DNA from: Solirubrobacteraceae bacterium
GTDB taxonomy: Bacteria; Actinomycetota; Thermoleophilia; Solirubrobacterales; Solirubrobacteraceae
Length of the DNA stretch: 64,000 nucleotides
Assembly (NCBI GenBank): GCA_035940195.1
Contig: DASZFC010000044.1
Location: 3,267-67,266, forward strand
Direction: 5' to 3'
Within the stretch, counting starts at the first letter, position 1. Each line of letters opens with the position of its first letter. Positions 38,416 to 47,704 of the stretch are shown in pieces. The translations under genes were made by a program, and so were the position numbers. The notes under the pieces were generated by a model, which was not told where the DNA came from, did not search any database, and saw only the letters and a list, made by a program, of their open reading frames with translations.

Positions 38416-38933
38416 CCGCGCACCAGCGCGAAGCTGCGCGGCGAGAGCACCGGGCTGGACTGGCCGCTGAGGGTCAGGCGCACCCTGTATTCCCCGGCCG
38501 GGGCTGCGGGCCCCTCGGTCTCTGCCACCAGGAACGGGTGCCCGCCGGGGGTGGTGCCGGTCCGGTAGGCGGACGCCGTGCCGCGACGTCCGTTCCAGCG
38601 CAGCGAGAACTGTTTGTAGCGCGGCACGGGATGTTCGCGCAGCAGGGTCGCCACGACGTTCCCCCGCGAGTCGATCACGGCTGCCGTCACCCGTTCGGCG
38701 TGGGAGAGCTTGAAGGAGATCGACTCTTCTTTGTGGCGCCAGCCAGGCGCCGGCGAGAAGTTCGAGGTCAGCTGAAACCTCTGGACGGTGGTCGGGGTGT
38801 GCTTCAGGCGCTGGGTCAAAAAGAAGGCGAGAAAGCAGGCCACGACGAGGGCTCCGAAGACGATCCGTCCCAGCGGATCGCCACCGTCGTTCTCACGAGG
38901 ACCCCGAACCTCCCCCGCGGCGGATGCGGTCAA
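38412..38933 (-). CDS. Membrane-anchored FlgD-like Ig-domain protein
   Basis: One TM. VIDSRGNVVATL..WNGR..APAGEYRVRL. Confidence 0.72.
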   Translation of the reverse strand: MTASAAGEVRGPRENDGGDPLGRIVFGALVVACFLAFFLTQRLKHTPTTVQRFQLTSNFSPAPGWRHKEESISFKLSHAERVTAAVIDSRGNVVATLLREHPVPRYKQFSLRWNGRRGTASAYRTGTTPGGHPFLVAETEGPAAPAGEYRVRLTLSGQSSPVLSPRSFALVRG

Positions 38934-39703
38934 TCGCCGTCGCCCAGTGCGAAGCGCTCGACCGTGTCCGAGCGCAGTCCCAAGCGCAGCGTCTCCAGCG
39001 AGAGCACATCCTCAGGCGCGATGTTGCCGAGGTTGCACTCTGTACCGAAGCGTTCCAGTTGCCACACCTGCTGCTGTTTGAGCGGCGCATCGAAGATCAG
39101 CCGGTCCGTGTCGACGCTGTGGGCGATCTCCTCGATCAATCCGGTCCTCACCTCGCCGTCGGCGCGGTAAATGCCGGCTGTCCCGGACTCCCGCGCCTCG
39201 GCGATCACCTTCCACGCGCCCGCCTCCAGGTCGCCTTCGATCTGCTCCACCCACACGTACGGGGCCATGATGAACTCAGCGTCCTTGCTCCCCACCTCGG
39301 AGAACACCGTGAACTCGCCCGCCAGCCTGCGAATTAGCTCGTGCTTGACCTTTGGCTCGATCGTGACCGTACCGTCGGAGATCTCAACATGGCGCAGCCC
39401 CAGCTCGCGCAGCCAGGTCACGAGGCCCTCGACCCGGCCCTGGCGGATCGCCAGCTCGGTGAGCGTTCCCCCCAGCACCACCGGGACCCCGTGGGCGCCA
39501 TAGCGCTCCAGCTTCGGCCGTAGGTTGGCGCTCACCAGAGCGGTGCCCCAGCCGAGCTTGACCACGTCGATGCAGTTCCCCGCGACCTCCATCAAACCGT
39601 CTACCTCCGCGAGCGAGAGCCCCCGGTCGATCACGTGCGTAATACCCCGCTCGCGCGGCTTCTCAGAGCGCTCCGGGATGTCCAGGAAGTGGGCTATCGG
39701 CAC
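38930..39703 (-). CDS. comA: (2R)-phospho-3-sulfolactate synthase
   Basis: KPRERGITHVIDRG, VKLGWGT, GGTLTE, VEISDG, SEVGSK, EARESG, LETLRLGLRSDT. Confidence 0.92.
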   Translation of the reverse strand: MPIAHFLDIPERSEKPRERGITHVIDRGLSLAEVDGLMEVAGNCIDVVKLGWGTALVSANLRPKLERYGAHGVPVVLGGTLTELAIRQGRVEGLVTWLRELGLRHVEISDGTVTIEPKVKHELIRRLAGEFTVFSEVGSKDAEFIMAPYVWVEQIEGDLEAGAWKVIAEARESGTAGIYRADGEVRTGLIEEIAHSVDTDRLIFDAPLKQQQVWQLERFGTECNLGNIAPEDVLSLETLRLGLRSDTVERFALGDGD

Positions 39704-39766
39704 GGGCGGCGAGAGTTTTCTGAGGTTTCGCGGCGCCAGCGGGCCCGGAGGGAGGCTATGTGGCGA

Positions 39767-41365
39767 TCACCCGCTGGTGGCACTGCTCGCACCGCCGCCT
39801 CCCGGTGTTTCACTCACCGCCGCGGCCTTGTCGGCGCCAGCGATCACTACCACCACCGCAGTGCCGGTGAGCGACGCCACAGCCGCTTCCATCGGCTGCA
39901 CCTGCGTCACGCCAAGCGCGCTCGCCGCACCCTGCGCTTCGGCCCGGTGTCCGCTCGCGTACTCGACGAGCGTCGTGGCATGAGATTCGGGCGGTCTTCC
40001 GCTAAGCGCCGTCGCCTGCGAATAACCGCTTTGGCGGAGATTTTCAGACAACCTACGGGCAAGGCCAGTCGTGTTCGTGCTGTTCAGCACCACCACCGAA
40101 GTGGCCGCTGGGCTCGTCGCAGCCGCTGGGCTTTCGCTGTGGTGCGAGCTTGCCTGCTTGTGGGTGTGGGAGCTAGTCGTGGTGTGTGTGGCGGGTTTTT
40201 CGGTGCTCTGCCCGGCGGCCGCTCCCTGGCTGCCCGCTTTTCCACCGCCCCCCGAGGAGAGAACCAGCACGAGCACCACCACGACGGCAATCACCGCACC
40301 TACGATCAGGGCGGTGGCGCGGGCTGGAGAGCGCCCGTTGCCCGCAGAGTAGATCTTCGCGTCCCCGCGCCGGGTGCGCGACTCGGCGCTCAAGCGCTCT
40401 GCCTGCCGGGCTGCCGCGGCGGTGCGGGCCGTGGTCTCCTCAGGGCTTCGCCGTGGGCCAGTGGGAGCGGGCGGGCGGGAGGACGAGGCGCGGCGCGGCG
40501 GAGGCGCAGCGCCCGCGCGATCTGCAGATCGGGGGGAGGCGGCGGGTGCAGAGACGACTGGGGGCGTGGGAGCGCGGGGGGCTGAGCCGCCCGCCGCACG
40601 CGCGGCAGCGGCCGCAGTGGATGGAACGCCTGAAGCGGGGACCGGCGGAGCCGGTCCTGCTGGTGCTCGCGGGGCACCGGCCGGAGAAGTGCCAGCGCCT
40701 GGAGAGCCAGTCGGGGCGTCCGGCACTCCGCCTTTCACCGGAGCAGTAACGTCCGGGGGCGAAGTGCCAGCGGACGCGGCGGCGGCCGCTGTTGCGGGCA
40801 GGCCAGTCGTTGTGGGTGGCGCCTGGGCAGGGGTTCCCTCGGTTGCGGGAGCTCCCGTCCCACCAGCCGGTGGCGTAGCGGAAGCCACAGTCCCAGCGGT
40901 CCTCGCCGCAGCGACGGCACCGGTCTCTCCAGCCGGAGGAGTGCCGGGAGGCCCGGCGGGGTTAGCCGAGGCCGGGACGCCGGTGGCAGGGTCAGCCTCA
41001 GCCTCACCAGCTGTTCCAGGCGCAACTTGCCCGGGGGCTCCTGGAGGGACAGTCTCTCCGGGGAGGACTCGTGTTGCTACTGCAGTGGCAGCCGCCGCAG
41101 GGCGGGCGACCACGGGCGTGGTACGCGGGACCTGGGGTGCGGCCTGCTGCACGCGAGCAGCCGCTCCAGCGCTCACACGCTGCTCCAACTCGGCGGCTCG
41201 CTCCGGAGCGCGGCCCGCCCACTCGCGCAGACGCTTCAGCTCACGGGCCTGGGAGAAGACGAGCAGCGAAAGGATCGCGATGGCCAGCAGGGCGGCGAAC
41301 GCCGCGACCGCCCCAGCCTGGGTGAACGAATTCGAGAGCGAAAATGCAAGTGGCAAAGGTGTCAT
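39767..41365 (-). CDS. LytR C-terminal-domain membrane protein with long Ala/Pro linker
   Basis: Two TM segments. C-terminal VVVLNST..GLARR..L..GY..VVVIAGAD. Confidence 0.8.
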   Translation of the reverse strand: MTPLPLAFSLSNSFTQAGAVAAFAALLAIAILSLLVFSQARELKRLREWAGRAPERAAELEQRVSAGAAARVQQAAPQVPRTTPVVARPAAAATAVATRVLPGETVPPGAPGQVAPGTAGEAEADPATGVPASANPAGPPGTPPAGETGAVAAARTAGTVASATPPAGGTGAPATEGTPAQAPPTTTGLPATAAAAASAGTSPPDVTAPVKGGVPDAPTGSPGAGTSPAGAPRAPAGPAPPVPASGVPSTAAAAARAAGGSAPRAPTPPVVSAPAASPRSADRAGAAPPPRRASSSRPPAPTGPRRSPEETTARTAAAARQAERLSAESRTRRGDAKIYSAGNGRSPARATALIVGAVIAVVVVLVLVLSSGGGGKAGSQGAAAGQSTEKPATHTTTSSHTHKQASSHHSESPAAATSPAATSVVVLNSTNTTGLARRLSENLRQSGYSQATALSGRPPESHATTLVEYASGHRAEAQGAASALGVTQVQPMEAAVASLTGTAVVVVIAGADKAAAVSETPGGGGASSATSG

Positions 41366-43503
41366 GAATCTCGGGAGTGTATGAGGGGCGCAGGCGCACC
41401 GTGCTCCTCAGTGCCGCTTGGCTGCCGGTCTTCCGGCTCCGCCGCCGCGGGTATACCCCTCACAACCATGGACGGGGGGAGATCCTCGGGCGCGGAGGAG
41501 TCCTTCCCAGCGCGGTGAGCTATAGGGACTTCGCCTGAGCCGCGTGCGGCTGAGAGCTCAGACACCTTCGCCGCCAAGCCTGCCGCGTCGCCCTCGAGCA
41601 CAAGCAGACTGATCTCAGCGAACATCGACTCCACCGCCGCCGCGCCGAGCGGCTCGCGCTCGGCCAGCAGGATCTTCTCGGCGCTCGTCTGCCGCGGGCG
41701 CTCGTATCTGTTGAACAGCTCCTCGTGGAGCTTCTCCCCCGGGCGCCGGCCGACGATCTCGATCTCGATGTCCCGGTCTGGGTCAAGCCCCGAAAGCTCG
41801 ATCATCTCGCGAGCGAGCTCGACGATGCGCACCGGCTCGCCCATATCGAGCACGAACACCTCCGCAACCGCTGAAGCCCCTTCGGCCGGTGGCTGACCGC
41901 CGGTGCCACGGACAACCGCGCGCTCATCCGCCTCCGCGCGGGCGAGCGTGCCGGTGCGGATGATCAGTTGCACGGCCTCTGGGATCGTCATGAAATAGCG
42001 CGTCATGCGCTCGTCGGTCACCGTGACCGGACCGCCACGCTCGATCTGGCGGCGGAAGATCGGCACCACGCTGCCGGAGGAGCCGAGCACGTTGCCGAAC
42101 CGGACCGCCGCGTAGCGGGTGTCGCGAAAGCGCGCCGTAGCGGCCTCCAGCGCGAACTCCGCGAGCGCCTTCGAGGCGCCCATCACGGTCGCCGGGGCGA
42201 CCGCCTTGTCCGTGGAAACGAGCACGAAGCGGCTCACGCCCACCTCGCCGGCGATATGCGCAACGACGCGCGTGGCGATCGCGTTGTTGCGCACCGCCTC
42301 GACCGGATTGGCCTCCATCAGCCCCACGTGCTTGTACGCGGCGGCATGGAATACGACGGCCGGGCGGTGCTCTGAGAAAACCTCACGCATGCGCTCCTCC
42401 TCCTTGCAGTCGGCGAGCACCGCCGAGAGCATCGAGGGAGACACGTGGCGCTCGTCCTCCAGCTCGCGCTGAATCGAGAAGAGGTTGTCCTCGGCGTGGT
42501 CGAGCAGCACGATCCGGTGAGGTTCGACGCGGGCGATCTGACGGCACAGCTCGGCACCGATCGAGCCGCCCGCGCCCGTGACCAGCACCACCTGTCCCGT
42601 GAGATAGGCACCAACGCGCTCCAGCTCCATCTGCACCGGCTCACGCCCGAGCACATCCTCGACGCGCACCTCGCGCATCTGACGCGCGAGCGCGCCGCGC
42701 GTCTGCAGGAGCTCGAACACGGTCGGCAGCGTGCGCACGGGGATCCCCCGCGGGCGACACTCGCGCACGATCCGCGACCGCGTCGACCCCGGGGCCGAAG
42801 GAATCGCGATGATCACTTCATCCGGCTCGACCTGGTCGAGCACGCGTGTCAGGTCGCCTTCAGTGTTGCCGCGCACCCGCACTCCATCGATGCGCAGGCG
42901 CCGCTTGTGTGGATCGTCGTCGAGAAAGCCCACCGGCGTCAGTCCCAGCCCACGGTTGCGCAGGATCTCGCGCAGCACAAGCCTGCCACCGTCGCCCGCA
43001 CCAGCGATCAGCACGCTGCGCTGGTTCTTGCCGGCGCCGCCGAACGCGGCTAGTGGGCGACGCTCGTAGATCGAGTGCGCGAGCGCGCGCACGCCCACGA
43101 GCAATACCAGCGCGAGCAGCGTGAACAGCACGATCACCCCGTTCGGCAAAGCCACCGCCGCCGTGCTGCGGTAGTGGTGAACCGGACGGAACACCTCCAC
43201 TCCGACGACGCTCAGCAGCGCGACCGCAAGCACCGCACGCGCTACAGCCTCGTAGTCGCGCTGGCCGGCGTAGCGCCAGCGTCGCTGATATACACGCGCC
43301 AGCACCAGCACGGGCAGGCTGCCGGCGAGCACCCACCAGATCGTGCGTTCGCGCAGGACCGCGTAGTAGCCAGTCGGGCCGTGCTCGAAGCGCAGCTGGA
43401 AGGCTAGGTAGTACGCGAGCGCGACCAGCGCCCCGTCCACCGCGAGCTGGGGTAGAGAGTGCCGGTGGAGGGGAAGGGCCGCCGCGCGGATCCGTCGGCG
43501 CAT
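41362..43503 (-). CDS. Membrane nucleotide-sugar 4,6-dehydratase (PglF/CapD family)
   Basis: N-terminal TMs, TGAGGSIG, HAAAYKHV, STDKAV, VMGASK, RFGNVLGSSGSV. Confidence 0.95.
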   Translation of the reverse strand: MRRRIRAAALPLHRHSLPQLAVDGALVALAYYLAFQLRFEHGPTGYYAVLRERTIWWVLAGSLPVLVLARVYQRRWRYAGQRDYEAVARAVLAVALLSVVGVEVFRPVHHYRSTAAVALPNGVIVLFTLLALVLLVGVRALAHSIYERRPLAAFGGAGKNQRSVLIAGAGDGGRLVLREILRNRGLGLTPVGFLDDDPHKRRLRIDGVRVRGNTEGDLTRVLDQVEPDEVIIAIPSAPGSTRSRIVRECRPRGIPVRTLPTVFELLQTRGALARQMREVRVEDVLGREPVQMELERVGAYLTGQVVLVTGAGGSIGAELCRQIARVEPHRIVLLDHAEDNLFSIQRELEDERHVSPSMLSAVLADCKEEERMREVFSEHRPAVVFHAAAYKHVGLMEANPVEAVRNNAIATRVVAHIAGEVGVSRFVLVSTDKAVAPATVMGASKALAEFALEAATARFRDTRYAAVRFGNVLGSSGSVVPIFRRQIERGGPVTVTDERMTRYFMTIPEAVQLIIRTGTLARAEADERAVVRGTGGQPPAEGASAVAEVFVLDMGEPVRIVELAREMIELSGLDPDRDIEIEIVGRRPGEKLHEELFNRYERPRQTSAEKILLAEREPLGAAAVESMFAEISLLVLEGDAAGLAAKVSELSAARGSGEVPIAHRAGKDSSAPEDLPPSMVVRGIPAAAEPEDRQPSGTEEHGAPAPLIHSRDS

Positions 43504-43525
43504 TGGCTCAGATTGTACGGGCTAC

Positions 43526-44554
43526 TCAGCCATGCAGTCCGGACAGCAACAGGTCCACCAGAACGCGCGGGTCGCGCCGGATGAGAATCCCACCCGCCCT
43601 CGCGGCAGTGCCCTCGGTGCGCTTGTCCAGGTCCAGCCGCTCAGGCTCCTGGAGTTTGCTCAGACGGCCTTCCTCGATCAAGCGTTCGTCGACCGCACCC
43701 AGGCGCCCCTCAAACGTCGTGTACACCGGCGTCCCCAGCGCAACCGCCTCGCGGTTCATCGTGCCGCCGGCGGAGATCACGAGGTCGGCACACGCGATCA
43801 GCGACTGCGCGTCGATCGCGCTATCGGGAACTACAAAGCCCGGTATCCCGGCGAGCTCGCTGCGCTGAGAGTCCACGCGCGGTAGCACCACTGCCTGCAC
43901 ACCGTCCGCTGCCGCGGCCGTGCGCAGGCGCTCGAGCACCCGCGCAAACAGATCGTTCTCGAAACGGTGGTAAAGCGACACCTCGGGAGGGGTGCGCACG
44001 ACGACGATAGGGCGCTGGCAGTCGAGGCCGAGCTCCGCCGGAACGGCCGGGTCGGGGTCGAAGTCATGGAGGTAGTACTCCTCCTTCAGGCCTTCGTACG
44101 CGCGGATCTTGCCTGCGGCGCCGTACCGCTCCAACCGCTCCGCCGGGATCGCATCGGGCACCACTACCGCGCGCGCCAAACGGCAATTTACGTTGTGCTG
44201 CACCGTCGCCCACTCGTAGTCGAACATCGTCGCGCTCGGGATTCGCAAGAGCGCGGCTGCCACGCTCACATCGTTCGAGCCATGCCCAAGCGCCAGGTCG
44301 AAGCGCTGGCGCCTGGCCCAACGAGTGAGCGCGAGCGAGCGAGCCGCCAACCCTCCCGCCTTCGCCGCAAGGCCACCGCCGCGATGGCGCCCAATCGCCG
44401 TGTGCTCGATCCCAAAACGCTCGCACAGCGCGAGCGTCTGGGCGAAGTCGCGCGCGGTCACCCGAATCTCGTGACCATCCGCACGCAGGCACTCGATCAC
44501 CGGCCGCATCACAAGCACGTGCGGGCTGTTCGTCAGATCGATCCAAACGCGCAT
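43526..44554 (-). CDS. DUF354-family protein (GT-B-like fold)
   Basis: MRVWIDLTNSPHV, GGTMNREAVALGTP. Confidence 0.88.
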   Translation of the reverse strand: MRVWIDLTNSPHVLVMRPVIECLRADGHEIRVTARDFAQTLALCERFGIEHTAIGRHRGGGLAAKAGGLAARSLALTRWARRQRFDLALGHGSNDVSVAAALLRIPSATMFDYEWATVQHNVNCRLARAVVVPDAIPAERLERYGAAGKIRAYEGLKEEYYLHDFDPDPAVPAELGLDCQRPIVVVRTPPEVSLYHRFENDLFARVLERLRTAAAADGVQAVVLPRVDSQRSELAGIPGFVVPDSAIDAQSLIACADLVISAGGTMNREAVALGTPVYTTFEGRLGAVDERLIEEGRLSKLQEPERLDLDKRTEGTAARAGGILIRRDPRVLVDLLLSGLHG

Positions 44555-44614
44555 GCTGGAGCACGGTAACGGCCCGGAGCCCTCCGCTCGCCCCCCAGGT
44601 ATCGTTGCGTCGCG

Positions 44615-45286
44615 ATGCTCGTCCTTGCGTCGGTCTCAGAATCGCTCTTCAACCTGGCCTCCGAATTCGTCGGTGAAACGGGGCTGGCGGCTGTGTTCGT
44701 GCTGATGGTCGCCGAGAGCGCCTGCATTCCCATCCCTTCCGAGGCGACGATGCTCTTCGCCGGCTTCGCTGTGACGAACCCCGGAGCGGCACACAATCAC
44801 CACCTGACGCTTATCGGGATCGTCCTCGCCGGGGTTATCGGCAACCTCGTAGGTTCGTGGATCGCTTACGCCGTAGGGCGCTTCGGGCGTATCGAGCTGA
44901 TCGAACGCCACGGGCACTGGTTGCATCTGAAGCCCAGTCACATCCAGTGGGCAGACCGCTGGTTTGAGCGCTACGGAGCCCCGGCCATCTTCTTCAGCCG
45001 CATGCTGCCGATCATTCGCACGTTCATCTCGCTCCCGGCGGGCGTGGCGAAGATGCCGTTCGCGAAGTTCACCGTGCTCACGCTGGCCGGCTGCGTCCCC
45101 TGGGTGCTCGGGCTGGCGCTTGCCGGAGAAGCGCTCGGCAGCGAATGGAAAGATGCGCGTAGTGCCTTCGAGTACATCGACTATGCGGTGGTCGTCCTCG
45201 TGATTGTCGCGATCGTCAATGCGGTCATACGCCAGAGGCGAAGGCGACGCGACCCAGGCGATCCCGCACCCGATGCTGCGGGATAG
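44615..45286 (+). CDS. DedA-family membrane protein
   Basis: ESACIPIPSE..FAG, SRMLPIIRTFISLPAG. Confidence 0.94.
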   Translation: MLVLASVSESLFNLASEFVGETGLAAVFVLMVAESACIPIPSEATMLFAGFAVTNPGAAHNHHLTLIGIVLAGVIGNLVGSWIAYAVGRFGRIELIERHGHWLHLKPSHIQWADRWFERYGAPAIFFSRMLPIIRTFISLPAGVAKMPFAKFTVLTLAGCVPWVLGLALAGEALGSEWKDARSAFEYIDYAVVVLVIVAIVNAVIRQRRRRRDPGDPAPDAAG

Positions 45287-46157
45287 GGCGCCGCTTCCAC
45301 TTCGCCACGCCATCGTGCTCGGGCTGGCACACGGTCCGACCGAGCTGCTGCCGATCTCCTCCTCGGCCCACACGATTCTGATCCCGTGGCTGGCCGGCTG
45401 GCCCTATGACGAGCTCGACCCGGAGCTGCGAAAGTCCTTCGAGGTCGCGCTCCACGCGGGAACCGCCGTCGCGCTGCTCGCCGATCTGTGCGCGATCGAG
45501 TCTCACCCGGGCCTGGCCGCCGTTCTGCGCCGTGCTACGGGGGCTCAGGGCTTTCCAGCCAGCCAAGCCCTGCTCGTCGCGCTCTCTTTCATTCCGCCAG
45601 CCGTCGTCGGATACACCTTCGAGCAACCCCTGCAACGCCGCCTCAGCGGCCTGCACACAATCGCCGCCGGCCTGCTCCTCGGGGGAGTGGCCATGGCACT
45701 CGCAGACAGGCGTCCGGGCGACGGAGCGCGGGCCCTGGCGCAGGCTGGCTCCTTCGACGGGCTGCTGCTGGGGCTTGCCCAAACATGTGCGCTGGTCCCG
45801 GGCGTTTCGCGCAGCGGCGCCGTGCTCTCCATGGCGCGGGCGCGCGGCTTCAGCCGCATCGATTCAGGCACGCTCGCGCGCCGCACCGGGCTCCCGGTGA
45901 TCCTCGGCGCCGGTGCGCTCAAGACCGCCCGCCTATTCCAGAACGGCGGGGCGGGTGGGACCCCGATCTCCGTCGGGCGGACACTCGCGCTCGGCGGGAC
46001 CGCGTCGTTCATCTCCACGCTGGCCGCCACCCGGCTGCTGAGAGCAGACGGAAATACCCGGCACACCGGATCGCTGTTGCCCTACTCGATCTACCGGGGC
46101 CTGCTCGCGGCGCTCGTGATCAGACGCCTGCGCCGGACGCACAATAGGAGCACATGA
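45273..46157 (+). CDS. uppP: Undecaprenyl-diphosphate phosphatase (BacA/UppP)
   Basis: GPTELLPISSSAH, PGVSRSG. Confidence 0.9.
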   Translation: MLRDRAPLPLRHAIVLGLAHGPTELLPISSSAHTILIPWLAGWPYDELDPELRKSFEVALHAGTAVALLADLCAIESHPGLAAVLRRATGAQGFPASQALLVALSFIPPAVVGYTFEQPLQRRLSGLHTIAAGLLLGGVAMALADRRPGDGARALAQAGSFDGLLLGLAQTCALVPGVSRSGAVLSMARARGFSRIDSGTLARRTGLPVILGAGALKTARLFQNGGAGGTPISVGRTLALGGTASFISTLAATRLLRADGNTRHTGSLLPYSIYRGLLAALVIRRLRRTHNRST

Positions 46158-47704
46158 CGATGCTCGGAACCGTGCTCGGCGGGCGCTACCGCCTCGATGC
46201 TCAGATCGGGCGCGGTGGAATGTCTACGGTGTATCGCGCCTTCGACACGGTGCTCGAACGCCCGGTCGCGATCAAGCTGATGCACCGCGAGATCGCCTCG
46301 GACTCCGATCAGCTGGAGCGCTTTCGCCGCGAGGCGCGGTCGGTCGCGCGGCTCAGCCATCCCCACATCGTCACCGTGATCGACGCCGGCGAGGAGCCAT
46401 CGCCCGAGAGCGAGGCCGGTGAAGGAGGGGTGGGGACTCCATACATCGTGCTCGAGTACGTCGAAGGCGAGACGCTCAAGGCATTGATTCGCCGTGAGGG
46501 CCCGCTCGAGATTCCTCGCGCGATCGCCTACGCAATCGAGCTCACGCGTGCACTCGGCGCCGCCCACGAGCGCCTGATCGTACATCGCGACGTCAAGCCC
46601 CAAAACGTGCTCATCGGGGTCGAAGGCAGCGCCAAGATCACTGACTTCGGGATCGCACGCACGCTCACCGAGGAGGCGCTGACGATGGATGGGCGCGTAC
46701 TGGGCACGACCGACTACGTCTCTCCCGAGCAGGCGCTCGGGCAGTCGGTCACGGGCCAGTCTGACCTCTATTCGCTCGGGATCGTCTTCTACGAGATGCT
46801 CACCGGCTCGGTCCCCTTCAGCGGCGAGACCCCGGTCTCCGTGGCAATGAAGCACGTGCGCGAGAACGTGCCCGACGTGCAGCTGGCACGCCCCGAGGTC
46901 TCCGCCGCGACCGCCTCGGTCATCGATCGTGCGACGGCCAAGGACGTGACTCAGCGCTACCCGGACGCCGCGAGCATGCTCGCCGACCTCGAGGAGGTGC
47001 TTGCGATCGAGGCTTCCCGCACAGGACAGGCAACGGGTGAGGTGACAACCGTGCTGCGCACCCTCCCTGGGAGCACCCGGCGGCGCTTGCCGTGGCGCAT
47101 GCGTCATCCCGTGCGCTGGGTTCTCTCGCTGGCACTGCTCGGAGCACTCGTTGCGCTCGTGCTCGTGCTCCTCGCCAACCACACCCATCGCGGCCTCGCA
47201 CCGGACGCCGAGCCACGAGCAGGGCTGACCGCGGTGCCCCTTGCGCAAACGGCCGCCCACGACTACAACCCATTCGGTACCGGACCGGAAAACCGCGAAA
47301 AGGTCCAAAACGTCGTCGACGGTGACCCGAACACCACTTGGAGCACAGAGCAGTACTACGACGGCACCCTGAAGAAGCCAGGCGGCACCGGCGTGGGACT
47401 GTACGTCGACGCCGCCCCGAACGTGGTGGGCAAGCAGATCGAAATCCAAACGCCCACTCCCGGCTTCTCCGCACAGATCTACCTCGCCAACCACATCGAT
47501 CTGTCGCTGCCCTACGGGAACTCCACCCCACTCGCCGCGCGCGGCTGGCAGGGCCCGGCCGGGGAAGACTCCAACGTTCGTGATGGCGCTCGCATCAAGA
47601 TCACCCCCAGCGGAGGCCGCTATCGCTACTACCTCGTCTGGATCACCACGCTGCCCGCCGGCATGCAGTCCGCCTCGCTCTCCGAAGTCACGCTGTTTCG
47701 CTGA
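46154..47704 (+). CDS. Hanks-type Ser/Thr kinase, TM, extracellular discoidin-like domain
   Basis: GRGGMSTV, VAIK, HRDVKPQN, DFG, SPE. C-terminal VVDGDPNTTW..YRYYLVWI. Confidence 0.93.
   Translation: MTMLGTVLGGRYRLDAQIGRGGMSTVYRAFDTVLERPVAIKLMHREIASDSDQLERFRREARSVARLSHPHIVTVIDAGEEPSPESEAGEGGVGTPYIVLEYVEGETLKALIRREGPLEIPRAIAYAIELTRALGAAHERLIVHRDVKPQNVLIGVEGSAKITDFGIARTLTEEALTMDGRVLGTTDYVSPEQALGQSVTGQSDLYSLGIVFYEMLTGSVPFSGETPVSVAMKHVRENVPDVQLARPEVSAATASVIDRATAKDVTQRYPDAASMLADLEEVLAIEASRTGQATGEVTTVLRTLPGSTRRRLPWRMRHPVRWVLSLALLGALVALVLVLLANHTHRGLAPDAEPRAGLTAVPLAQTAAHDYNPFGTGPENREKVQNVVDGDPNTTWSTEQYYDGTLKKPGGTGVGLYVDAAPNVVGKQIEIQTPTPGFSAQIYLANHIDLSLPYGNSTPLAARGWQGPAGEDSNVRDGARIKITPSGGRYRYYLVWITTLPAGMQSASLSEVTLFR

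Noticed and set aside
38930-39703. Coenzyme M biosynthesis cluster
   Set aside because: No comB-E or xcb partner genes in the window.
39767-41365. Ala/Pro-rich low-complexity region as a repeat element
   Set aside because: No regular periodicity. It is an ordinary disordered linker of a LytR_C protein.
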